This document shows positions 19,398-27,810 of a DNA stretch of 64,000 nt, piece by piece; within the stretch, counting starts at the first letter, position 1; every line of letters begins with the position of its first letter. Below the pieces are notes generated by a model. It did not search any database. It was given only the letters and a program-made list of their open reading frames with translations, and was not told the DNA's origin. Made by a program: the position numbers and the translations under genes. The DNA is from an uncultured Candidatus Rokubacteria bacterium (GTDB lineage Bacteria; Methylomirabilota; Methylomirabilia; Rokubacteriales; DASRDR01): the NCBI GenBank assembly GCA_963826115.1, contig CAWGVS010000005.1, forward strand, positions 992,001 to 1,056,000, read 5' to 3'.

Positions 19398-20144
19398 ATG
19401 AAGCTCGAGGGACGGAAGGCGATCGTGACCGGCGCGTCGCGCGGCATCGGGCGAGCCATCGCCATCGCGCTGGCCGAGGAGGGCGCCGACGTCGCCGTGA
19501 ACTACATGTCGAGCGAGGCGGCGGCCCAGGCGGTCGTCCGCGAGATCGAGAAGCGCGGCCGGCGCGGTCTCGCCGTCCGGGCGGACGTGAGCGACTTCCC
19601 GGACACCTTCCGGATGGCCCAGGACGTCCTCGGCGCCTTCGGGCACATCGACGTCCTCGTCAACAACGCCGGCATCAACAGCGACAAGACCTTCGTCAAG
19701 ATGGACCACGCCTCCTGGCGCAAGGTCCTCGCGATCAACCTGGACGGCGTCTTCAACTGCACCAAGGTCTTCATCGACGACATGCTGAAGCGCAACTACG
19801 GGCGGATCGTGAACATCACCTCGGTCATCGGCCAGATCGGCAACTTCGGCCAGGCGAACTACGCGGCCTCGAAGGCGGGCGTGACCGCCATGACGAAGTC
19901 GCTGGCCAAGGAGCTGGCCTCGAAGGGCATCACGGTCAACGCGCTCGCGCCTGGCTTCGTCGAGACCGAGATGGTCGAGTCCATTCCCGAGAAGGTTCGC
20001 CAGCGCCTGCTCGACCAGATTCCGCTGAAGCGGTTCGGCAAGGCCGAGGAGGTCGCGCGGGCCGTGATCTACCTGGTCTCCTCGGACGGTGACTACATCA
20101 CCGGCGAGGAGCTCTCCCTGAACGGCGGCCTCTCGATGCGCTGA
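19398..20144 (+). CDS. phaB: Acetoacetyl-CoA reductase (PhaB)/3-oxoacyl reductase
   Basis: TGASRGIG, NNAGI, GNFGQANYAASK, PGFVETEM; GAGGAGG RBS; PHA cluster context. Confidence 0.8.
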   Translation: MKLEGRKAIVTGASRGIGRAIAIALAEEGADVAVNYMSSEAAAQAVVREIEKRGRRGLAVRADVSDFPDTFRMAQDVLGAFGHIDVLVNNAGINSDKTFVKMDHASWRKVLAINLDGVFNCTKVFIDDMLKRNYGRIVNITSVIGQIGNFGQANYAASKAGVTAMTKSLAKELASKGITVNALAPGFVETEMVESIPEKVRQRLLDQIPLKRFGKAEEVARAVIYLVSSDGDYITGEELSLNGGLSMR

Positions 20145-20166
20145 GCCGCCGCGCCCCGTTCGCCCG

Positions 20167-20790
20167 TCAGGGTCGGACGGGGTCGGGCTCGCTGGCCGCG
20201 GGCGTCCTCGCCCCGCCGGCCGCCACCGGGGTGGGCAGGAGCCGGAGTCCCTGGCTCGCCAGCGTCAGGCCGCTCGTCATCCAGATCGACATCATCTCCA
20301 CCGCGAGCGCGGCCGGCAGGAGAAAGGCCGGCGTGCTCTGGCGCGCGGGGCGCGGCATCCCGTACTCGATCCGCGTCGCCGACGGGAGCACCCACGCCTC
20401 GCCCTCGAGGAGCATCTCCCCCGCCTGGTTGGCGCACGTCGTGCGGAGCCGCAGACGGTTCCGCTCCGCGAGCCGCTCGACCACTTCCACGCGCGCGATG
20501 ACCCGGTCGCCGATGTAGACGGGGCGGAGGAAGCGGAAGCTCTGTGAGAGGTAGATGGTCCCCGGGCCCGGGAGGCGCGTCCCGATCACGCTCGAGACGA
20601 AGCTCCCCGTCAGCATGCCGGGGGCGATGACGCGACCGAAGCGCGTGCCCGCGGCGAACTCGGGATCCGAGTGGATCGGGTTGTCGTCGCCGCTCGCCGT
20701 CACGAACTCGCGGATGGTCTCCGCGGTGACGGTGTAGGTGACTTCGGCGACGTCGCCGACGGCCACGTCCTCGATCGTCAGTCCGGTCAT
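20167..20790 (-). CDS. phaJ: MaoC-family (R)-specific enoyl-CoA hydratase with C-terminal extension
   Basis: SGDDNPIH hydratase motif, LPGPGTIYLSQ and PVYIGD; ATGA overlap with phaE. Confidence 0.85.
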   Translation of the reverse strand: MTGLTIEDVAVGDVAEVTYTVTAETIREFVTASGDDNPIHSDPEFAAGTRFGRVIAPGMLTGSFVSSVIGTRLPGPGTIYLSQSFRFLRPVYIGDRVIARVEVVERLAERNRLRLRTTCANQAGEMLLEGEAWVLPSATRIEYGMPRPARQSTPAFLLPAALAVEMMSIWMTSGLTLASQGLRLLPTPVAAGGARTPAASEPDPVRP

Positions 20791-21413
20791 CGTGCCTCCG
20801 GGGAACTGGGAGGGGAACGGCGCGCCGGTCGCGCGGGGCGTCTCTGCGCCGCGCGCCGGCTCTCGGTGGCGCTGCCCGAGCGGTCGGCCGGACCCGCCGT
20901 CGGGCCCAGCAGCCGCCGGATCTCGTCCAGGCGGTCCTCCAGGCCCTCGATCCGCTCCTCGAGGGCCACGAGCTGCGACGCGACCGCGACCACCTGGCCG
21001 CGTGACGGGAGCCCGAGCGTCCGGACTGCCTGGTCCGTGTACTGCTCCATGCCCTTCTTGAGCGGCCCCTGGGCGGCGAGCGTCTGGTCGAGGTAACGGC
21101 CGAGCGCCTGGGCGAAGCCCTCGGTGCTCATCGCCTGCCCCAGGACCTTGGACCAGGCCTCGATCCACTGGTCCATGAACGACTTCCACTGCTGGGCGAA
21201 CTCGGGGCTCACGCCCCCCTGGGCCGCGGCCTTCTGCCAGATCTCCATGCCTTGCCCGAGGATCGGGCGCCAGAACTGGCTGAAGTCGGGAGCGCCGGGC
21301 GGCGCCGTGGGCGAGGGCGTCTGGCCGAGGGTCCGCACCCAGGCCTGGGTGCCGTCCTCCAGAGCCTTCTTCCAGAGCTCGAACGCGTCCTGGACCGGAT
21401 TCTGGGCCGTCAT
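20787..21413 (-). CDS. phaE: PhaE-like class III PHA synthase subunit
   Basis: Trp-rich helices, LGLPSR motif and C-terminal coiled coil; adjacent to class III phaC. Confidence 0.7.
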   Translation of the reverse strand: MTAQNPVQDAFELWKKALEDGTQAWVRTLGQTPSPTAPPGAPDFSQFWRPILGQGMEIWQKAAAQGGVSPEFAQQWKSFMDQWIEAWSKVLGQAMSTEGFAQALGRYLDQTLAAQGPLKKGMEQYTDQAVRTLGLPSRGQVVAVASQLVALEERIEGLEDRLDEIRRLLGPTAGPADRSGSATESRRAAQRRPARPARRSPPSSPEAR

Positions 21414-21425
21414 GTCGACCGGCAC

Positions 21426-21465
21426 AGTATGCCACGTTGCGTCATGACGCGGAAGCGTTGCGTCG
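21426..21465 (-). promoter_or_regulatory. Candidate internal promoter and PhaR operator upstream of phaE
   Basis: CACGTTGCGTCAT (21433-45), palindrome GCGTCATGACGC (21439-50), a second CGTTGCGTC (21456-64); minus-strand TGgCATACT extended -10. Confidence 0.5.
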
Positions 21466-21471
21466 TCGGCC

Positions 21472-22545
21472 CTATCCCAGCCGAGCGGCCAGCCAGTCCG
21501 ACACCTTGGGCCAGCAGTGAACCGACGCCGAGCGGCCGGCGATCAGCGAGATGTGCCCGCCGGGGAGCTCGAGGTAGCTCTTGTCCGTGCTGCCGACCCG
21601 GTCGACCAGCGCGCGAACGCACGCGGGCGGCGCGATGTAGTCCTCCTTCGCGCCGACCACGAGGATGGGGCAGCGGACCTGCCCGAGATCCACGGGGTGG
21701 CCGCCGAGCCGGAGGCTGCCCCCGACGAGACGGTTGTCCTGGTAGAAGTCCTTGACCCACTGCCGGAAGAACTCGGCCGGGAACGGGACGTACTCGTTCG
21801 CCCACCGCGAGAGCGCGCGGTAGCCGTCGACGTACCGGGGGTTGTCGAGGTTCCACCAGAGGTTGAGCGCCGTCGTCACGTCCATGGTGGGCCGGAGGAG
21901 CTTGAAGCCGACCTTGACCCAGTCCGCGGGGATCGCCCCGACCGTGTCGACGACGCGGTCGACGTCGTAGAACCGCTTGTCGAGCCACTGCGCGAACAGT
22001 CCCGCGTGGGCGAAGTCGATGGGACCCGCCATGTTCACGTACGCCCGGACCGGCACCTCGGGGTGCTGCGCGACGAAGGACACCGAGAGCGGCGCGCCCA
22101 TGCAGTACCCGATGACCGCGAGCCCGTCGGCGCCCGAGGTCTCCAGCACCTTCCGCACCACGCGCGGCAGGAGGCGGGTCACGCACTCGTCCACCGTCAG
22201 GCCGTTGTCCTCCTCGCCGTAGACACCCCAGTCGAGGAGGTAGAAGTCGAACCCCTGCCGGCACATGTGCTCGACGAACGAGGCCCCGGGCTGGAGGTCG
22301 AAGATCGACGGCCGGCTGATGCCGAGGTTCGGGACGAAGAGGACCGGCACCGGCCGCGTGCGCGGGGATTCGTAGCGGTAGAGGCGCGCCTTGTTCCGTC
22401 GGTAGACCAGCTGCTTCGGCGAGAGCCCGATCGAGGGCTCGGGGGCCGAGGCGAGCTCGAGGGCCCGCGTCGCCCGGGTCAGGGTCCGTGTCCACTCGGC
22501 GGCCAGGCTCTGCGCCGCATCCTCCACCTTCGTCGCTCCCGCCAT
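21472..22545 (-). CDS. phaC: Class III poly(3-hydroxyalkanoate) synthase PhaC
   Basis: 357 aa; DLQPGASFVE, LLDWG, lipase box GYCMG, catalytic Asp (EDYI) and His (GGHIS). Confidence 0.9.
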   Translation of the reverse strand: MAGATKVEDAAQSLAAEWTRTLTRATRALELASAPEPSIGLSPKQLVYRRNKARLYRYESPRTRPVPVLFVPNLGISRPSIFDLQPGASFVEHMCRQGFDFYLLDWGVYGEEDNGLTVDECVTRLLPRVVRKVLETSGADGLAVIGYCMGAPLSVSFVAQHPEVPVRAYVNMAGPIDFAHAGLFAQWLDKRFYDVDRVVDTVGAIPADWVKVGFKLLRPTMDVTTALNLWWNLDNPRYVDGYRALSRWANEYVPFPAEFFRQWVKDFYQDNRLVGGSLRLGGHPVDLGQVRCPILVVGAKEDYIAPPACVRALVDRVGSTDKSYLELPGGHISLIAGRSASVHCWPKVSDWLAARLG

Positions 22546-22563
22546 GGGTGTCGTTCCTCCACG

Positions 22564-23880
22564 CTAGATGATACCGCGAGCCGCGAGCTCGGCCAGCTTC
22601 GAGGGCCCGAGACCGAGGTGCCGGGCGTAGACGTGGGCCGTGTGGTACCCCTGGGGCCGCCCGGGAACCTTGAGTCGCGGCGGCGTCCGGGTCATCCGCC
22701 AGGCGGGGGCGGCGAGCGTCAGCGGCCCGTAGACGGGGTCGTCGACGCGGGCGAAACAGCCGCGCTCCCACCAGTGCGCCTCGGCGAGGGTCTGGGTCGG
22801 CCGGTTGACGGGGCCGAAGACGACCGTGCCCGGACCCGGGTCCGCGAGGACCTTCGCGAGGATCTCGCTCGCCGTGTGGTTGACCGACCACCGGGCGATC
22901 TCGTCCCGGAGCGCCTCGCGCTTGTCCGGGTGGGTCCGGTCGAGCGTCGTCCGGAACCGCGGGTCCTGCGCGAGCTCGGGCCGCCCCATGATCCGGCAGA
23001 TCGCGCCGAAGTTCGGGTCGGTGTACCCCGCGATGAACGCCCAGCCGTCCTTCACCGGGACGAACGTGTAGACGGACACCGCGACGTCCATCCCGCCGAG
23101 CCGCTCCCGCACCTCGCCGCTTCCGTGATAGAGCAGGAGCGTGTACTCGAGATAGCGCATGAGGGCCTCGGCGCCGGAGACGTCGATCATTTGCCCCCGC
23201 CCCGACGTGTCCCGCCAGTGGAGCGCCGACAATGTCGCGACGCCGGCCCACACCGCCTGGGCGTAGGCGCTGACCCAGCTGCCGACCCGGGTCGGCCCGT
23301 TCTCCGGTCTCCCTTCCCCGGGCTCGCCCGTGATGTAGGCGAGGCCCGAGAGCGCCTGGTCGATCAGGTCGTACTCCGGGCCGCTCCCCTCGCTCCGGGG
23401 CCCGAACTGCCCGTGGGTCGAGAGGGCGACGTACACCAGGCGGGCGTTGAGCGGCGCGAGCTGCCGGTAGCCGATGCCCCACGCGTCCATCTGCCCCGGC
23501 GGGAAGCCCTCGATGACCACGTCCGCCCGCGCCGCGAGCTGGCGGAAGAGCGCCCGGCCGTCCTCCTCGGCGAGATTCAGCGTCGCGTAGTAGCGGTTCC
23601 GGCCCTCGGCCAGGTACGCGAGTCCCTCACCCCCGACCCACACGTCCGCGGGGCCCCAGGCGCGCGCGGGATCCCCGCCCGGGGGCTCGAGCTTGACGAC
23701 CTCCGCCCCGAGCTCGCCGAGGAGCCCGCCGAACACGTGGCCGCCGTAGTGCGAGACCGAGCAGTCCAGCACGAGCAGATCGTCGAGAGCCTCGGGCTTG
23801 CCGGTCGCGGTGCGCGGGTCCTCGGCCGCGCGGGCCCAGTCGGCCCATCGCTCGGCCGGTCCGCGCGATGGTGTGGTCAC
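22564..23880 (-). CDS. Family III (CaiB/BaiF) CoA-transferase; probable non-catalytic subunit
   Basis: KPEALDDL, LGAEVVKLEPPGGD, DVVIEGF and GRGQMID motifs; expected catalytic Asp region reads GSWVSAY; GTGA overlap with its partner. Confidence 0.88.
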   Translation of the reverse strand: MTTPSRGPAERWADWARAAEDPRTATGKPEALDDLLVLDCSVSHYGGHVFGGLLGELGAEVVKLEPPGGDPARAWGPADVWVGGEGLAYLAEGRNRYYATLNLAEEDGRALFRQLAARADVVIEGFPPGQMDAWGIGYRQLAPLNARLVYVALSTHGQFGPRSEGSGPEYDLIDQALSGLAYITGEPGEGRPENGPTRVGSWVSAYAQAVWAGVATLSALHWRDTSGRGQMIDVSGAEALMRYLEYTLLLYHGSGEVRERLGGMDVAVSVYTFVPVKDGWAFIAGYTDPNFGAICRIMGRPELAQDPRFRTTLDRTHPDKREALRDEIARWSVNHTASEILAKVLADPGPGTVVFGPVNRPTQTLAEAHWWERGCFARVDDPVYGPLTLAAPAWRMTRTPPRLKVPGRPQGYHTAHVYARHLGLGPSKLAELAARGII

Positions 23881-25232
23881 AGTGCCTCCGCCTCGCCGGA
23901 CCAGTCGTCGGGCGGTTTGGCGCCACGCCGGTCGCCCCAGCGGCCCACCACGCCGAGCCGCTCCAGGCTGGCGATCTCGTCGTCGGGGAGGCCGAGGATC
24001 CCCTGCAGCACGTGGCGGTTGTGCCACCCCACGGGCCGCCCCGCCCACTTGTGGCGGGCCGGGGTCGCCGAGAGCTGCGGCGCCGGGCCGTAGTCCACCA
24101 CGCGCCCGTACACGCGGTCGTCCAGCTCCTCGACGCTGCCGCGGGCGCGGAAGTGGGCATCCTCGTACTGGTCGCGCGCGCTCTTCACCGGCGCGGCGGC
24201 GAAGCCGTGGCTCCGCGCCGCGGCCTCGACCTCGTCGCGCGAGCGGTCCCTGCACCACTCGCGGATCGAGTCGTCCAGGAGGTCGGCATGACCCGGCCCG
24301 CGCCGGGCCGCGGCGCTCGCGAACCGCGGGTCGGCGGCGAGATCCGGCCGTCCGAGCGCCTGCGCAAGGCCGCGGAACTCGTCGTCGGTCCCCGCGACGA
24401 TGGCGACGTGGCCGTCCCGGCACGGGTAGATCCCGGAGGGGGCGAACGCCGGGTCGCGATTGCCGGTCTTCGGGCGATCGCGTCCCGTCAGACCTGCGTG
24501 GAGCCAGGTCCAGTCGAGCGCGCGCAGGATCCCTTCGCACTGGGCCATCTCGACGAACTGCCCCTCGCCCGTGCGGTCGCGCCAGCGGAGCGCCGCCAGC
24601 ACGCCCATCGCCGAGAGACACGCGCCGAACCAGTCGCCGAGGTAGTTGCCGGACTTGATCGGGAGCGCGTCCTCGAAGCCCGAGATCCCGACGAGCCCCG
24701 CCACCGCCTGCGCGAGACCGTCGTAGGAGGCGCGCCCCTCGGCGAAGGGCCCCCACTGGCCGAAGCCCGTGTTCGCGACGTAGATGAGCCGCGGGTTGAC
24801 CTCGCGGAGCTGCCGGTAGCCGAGCCCCCACTTCGCCTCGGTGGTGCCGGGCTTGAAGTTCTCGACGACGATGTCCGAGCGCGCGGCGAGCTTCCGGATC
24901 AGCGCCTGGCCCTCGGCGTGGTGCATGTCGACGCCGATGTGGTACTTCCCGTGGTTCTGCGGGAAGAACGCGACCGACACGTTCTTCCAGAAGCAGCCGG
25001 CGTGCCCGAGGATCCGGGTCACGTCGCCCTGACCCGGCATCTCGACCTTGATGACCTCGGCCCCGAGCTCGCCCAGGAAGTCGGCGGTGGCCGGGCCGAA
25101 GATGATGACCGACAGGTCGAGAACCCGGATCCCCCGGAGGGCCTCGGGCTTCGCGTGGCGATTTGCGGGATCGAAGAGGCGCGCCGCCCACTCGGCGTAG
25201 GCCTCGCGGTCAGGCTCCGGGCGGGCGGTCAC
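23877..25232 (-). CDS. Family III CoA-transferase; probable catalytic subunit
   Basis: KPEALRGIRVLDL, LGAEVIKVE, DIVVENFKPG, GNYLGD (Asp retained) and TGEGQFVE. Confidence 0.9.
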   Translation of the reverse strand: MTARPEPDREAYAEWAARLFDPANRHAKPEALRGIRVLDLSVIIFGPATADFLGELGAEVIKVEMPGQGDVTRILGHAGCFWKNVSVAFFPQNHGKYHIGVDMHHAEGQALIRKLAARSDIVVENFKPGTTEAKWGLGYRQLREVNPRLIYVANTGFGQWGPFAEGRASYDGLAQAVAGLVGISGFEDALPIKSGNYLGDWFGACLSAMGVLAALRWRDRTGEGQFVEMAQCEGILRALDWTWLHAGLTGRDRPKTGNRDPAFAPSGIYPCRDGHVAIVAGTDDEFRGLAQALGRPDLAADPRFASAAARRGPGHADLLDDSIREWCRDRSRDEVEAAARSHGFAAAPVKSARDQYEDAHFRARGSVEELDDRVYGRVVDYGPAPQLSATPARHKWAGRPVGWHNRHVLQGILGLPDDEIASLERLGVVGRWGDRRGAKPPDDWSGEAEAL

Positions 25233-25278
25233 CTCATCCTCGGGTCGCGGTCGGGAACGCCCGCGCGGAGGCCGATGG

Positions 25279-25599
25279 TCAGATCCCGAAGAGACTGGGC
25301 AGCCGCATCAGCAGGCTCATGTCCCCCTTGTGGCGGAGCTTGCCGGACATGAAGGCCACCTGGCCCGACAGCTTCCCGCCCAGCATGTCCAGCCAGTCCT
25401 GCGCCGCCATGGTGAGCGTGAGCGCGGGCGGCGTGGCCGACGCGCCTTCGCGGATCGCGCACTGCCCGTCGGCGATGTTGACGTGGTACGTGCAGCCCTC
25501 GGGGCCGGTGATGTCGTACTGGATCACCGTCTGGAGCCCCTGGGCGCGCTCCGGCCGGAAGCGAGTCGCCATGGCCTCGAACGTTTCCTTGACCGTCAT
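25279..25599 (-). CDS. SCP2 sterol/lipid-binding domain protein
   Basis: IQYDITG...AFMSGKLRHKGD; GGAGGAG RBS. Confidence 0.9.
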   Translation of the reverse strand: MTVKETFEAMATRFRPERAQGLQTVIQYDITGPEGCTYHVNIADGQCAIREGASATPPALTLTMAAQDWLDMLGGKLSGQVAFMSGKLRHKGDMSLLMRLPSLFGI

Positions 25600-25647
25600 C
25601 CCGATCTCCTCCGTCCCCGGGCGGGGCGGCGCCCCGCTCCGGTCCCG

Positions 25648-26427
25648 TCATCTTCCCTTGAAGTCCGGCGGCCGCTTCTGAAAGAAGGCCTGGATGCCCT
25701 CGCCGGCGTCCTCGGTGCGAAGCGTCTCCAGGAACCCCCGCACCTCGGCGTCCAGCCCCGCGTCGAGCGGCCCGTCGAGACCCTGATCCACACACTCGAT
25801 GATGAGGCGCGTGGCGGCCGGGGCTCGCTTGGCGATCGTGCTCGCGAGGGCTCGCGCGTCGGCCAGCGTCTCGCCCTCCTTCGCCAGGCGGTTGACGAGC
25901 CCGAGCGCGAGGGCCTCCGCCGCCGGGATCTGCGTCCCGAGGATGAGCAGCTCCAGGGCCTTCGTCCGTCCGATCAGCCGCGGGAGGCGCTGCGTGCCGC
26001 CGAATCCCGGAATGATCCCGAGATTCGACTCCGTCTGCCCGATCCGTGCCGTCTCCTTCATGATCCGAAGGTGGCAGGCCATCGCGATCTCACAGCCGCC
26101 CCCGGTCGCGTGGCCCTGGATCGCCGCGATCACCGGTTTCGGGAAGCGCTCGATCCGCCGGAGGAGCCCCTGCCCGCGCCGGATGAACCCGTCGAGGTCG
26201 TCGGGGCCGCCGCCGAAGGCTCCCGACAGGTCCGCGCCGCCGCAAAAGATGCGCTCGCCCGCGCCCGTCAGGACGACCGCGCGCACGCCCTCGTCCCCCC
26301 GGAGTGCCTCCACCACGGCCTCGAGGTCGGCGACCATCTGCCCCGAGATCGTGTTCGCCGGCGGCCGGTTCAGGATCACGACGGCGTGGCCGTCGCCTCG
26401 CTCGACGGTGAGGGTCTCGTACGTCAT
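25648..26427 (-). CDS. Enoyl-CoA hydratase/crotonase
   Basis: FCGGADL, GGGCE, ESNLGIIPGFGGTQRLPRLIG; both catalytic Glu present. Confidence 0.92.
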   Translation of the reverse strand: MTYETLTVERGDGHAVVILNRPPANTISGQMVADLEAVVEALRGDEGVRAVVLTGAGERIFCGGADLSGAFGGGPDDLDGFIRRGQGLLRRIERFPKPVIAAIQGHATGGGCEIAMACHLRIMKETARIGQTESNLGIIPGFGGTQRLPRLIGRTKALELLILGTQIPAAEALALGLVNRLAKEGETLADARALASTIAKRAPAATRLIIECVDQGLDGPLDAGLDAEVRGFLETLRTEDAGEGIQAFFQKRPPDFKGR

Positions 26428-26443
26428 GGCGCGTCTCCCCGTT

Positions 26444-27655
26444 TCAGGCCGCGACCGTCGAGCCTAGCGCGCCCGAGGCGCGGAGCTCGGCAATGGCCGC
26501 CGGCGCGAGGCCGAGAACGTCGCGGAGGACCGCGTCGGTGTGCTCGCCCAGATTGGGCGGCGGGCCCTGGACGGCCGCCGGAGTCCCGGCGAACTTCACG
26601 GGAATCCCCGGAAGGCGCACGCGCCCCGCGGTGGGATGGTCGACCTCGACCGCCATGTCCCGATACCGCACCTGCGGATCCTCGAACACCTCGCGGATGT
26701 CGTTGATCGGGCCCGCCGGGAGTCCCGCCTCCGCGAAGCGGGCGACCCACTCGTCGCGGTCTTGGGCCTGGAGCCGCGCCTCGATCTCGCGGACGAGCTC
26801 GGCCCGGCACGCGACGCGGCGGGCGTTCGAGCCGTAGCGCGGGTCGTCGGCCCACTCCGGCGCCCCCAGGACCTCGCAGAACGCCTTCCACAGCCGCTCG
26901 TTCCCGGCGCCGACCATCATGTAGCCGTCGCGAGCCCGGAAGGCCTGGTAGGGCACCAGGGACGGATGCGCGCTTCCCCAGCGTCCCTGCACCTCGCCGC
27001 CCACGAGATACGCGGTCGCCGCGTTGATCAGGGCGGCGATCCCGCACTCCATCAGCGAGAGCTCGAGGAACTGCCCCTCGCCCGTGCGGTCCCGGTGCCG
27101 CAGCGCCGCGAGGATCGCCCCGTGGGCGTAGAGCGCGGTGATCGCGTCGATCAGTGCCACGCCCACCTTGACCGGCGCGCCGCCGCTCTCGCCGGTGATC
27201 GACATGAGGCCCGTGAATCCCTGCAGGATGGCGTCGTAGCCGGCCCGCTCGCGGTACGGCCCGGTCGCCCCGAACCCCGAGATCGCGCAGTAGACCAGCC
27301 GGGGGTTGACCGCCCGCAGCGTCGCCCAGCCGAGCCCGAGGTCGTCCATGGTCCCCGGCTTGAAGTTCTCGATCAGGACGTCTGCGCGCCGCACGAGGTC
27401 CAGGACCAGGGCCTTCCCTCGGGGGTGCTTCAGGTCGACCGTGATGCTCCGCTTGCCGCGGTTCACCGCGAAGAAGTACGACGCCTGCCCGTCGGCGGCG
27501 CGCGGCGGCGACCACTGCCGGCTGTCGTCGCCGCCCTGCGGGTGCTCGACCTTGATCACCTCGGCGCCATAGTCACCGAGGATCTGGGTCGCGAACGGGC
27601 CCGCGACGATGCGCGAGAGGTCGATGATCCGGAGGTCTTCGAGCGGGCCGGGCAT
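26444..27655 (-). CDS. Family III CoA-transferase
   Basis: DLSRIVAGP, NRGKRS, ENFKPG, GVALID motifs. Confidence 0.92.
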   Translation of the reverse strand: MPGPLEDLRIIDLSRIVAGPFATQILGDYGAEVIKVEHPQGGDDSRQWSPPRAADGQASYFFAVNRGKRSITVDLKHPRGKALVLDLVRRADVLIENFKPGTMDDLGLGWATLRAVNPRLVYCAISGFGATGPYRERAGYDAILQGFTGLMSITGESGGAPVKVGVALIDAITALYAHGAILAALRHRDRTGEGQFLELSLMECGIAALINAATAYLVGGEVQGRWGSAHPSLVPYQAFRARDGYMMVGAGNERLWKAFCEVLGAPEWADDPRYGSNARRVACRAELVREIEARLQAQDRDEWVARFAEAGLPAGPINDIREVFEDPQVRYRDMAVEVDHPTAGRVRLPGIPVKFAGTPAAVQGPPPNLGEHTDAVLRDVLGLAPAAIAELRASGALGSTVAA

Positions 27656-27766
27656 GCGTCCTCCTCGAGGTTGGCGCTGTCACTATACCCGCCGCACGCA
27701 CCGCCTTCAACGCGCCGGAGCGGGTCCGCGCGCCCCGGCCGGCATCGCGCCACGCGGCCTCCGCGC

Positions 27767-27795
27767 TTGCCGCGTCTCGGGATTGCGACTATTCT
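27767..27795 (+). promoter_or_regulatory. Sigma70-like promoter of the ATP-grasp operon
   Basis: TTGCCG-N17-TATTCT, ending 15 nt before ATG 27811. Confidence 0.5.
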
Positions 27796-27810
27796 TCGGC
27801 CTGCGCCGTC

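Noticed and set aside
21517-24093. 858-aa plus-strand ORF and similar long antisense ORFs (464-2398, 29050-31209, 45917-47908)
   Set aside because: Antisense mirrors of real genes with no recognisable motifs.
22564-25191. 875-aa fused double CoA-transferase
   Set aside because: The first half is off-frame shadow; two separate genes overlap by GTGA at 23877-23880.
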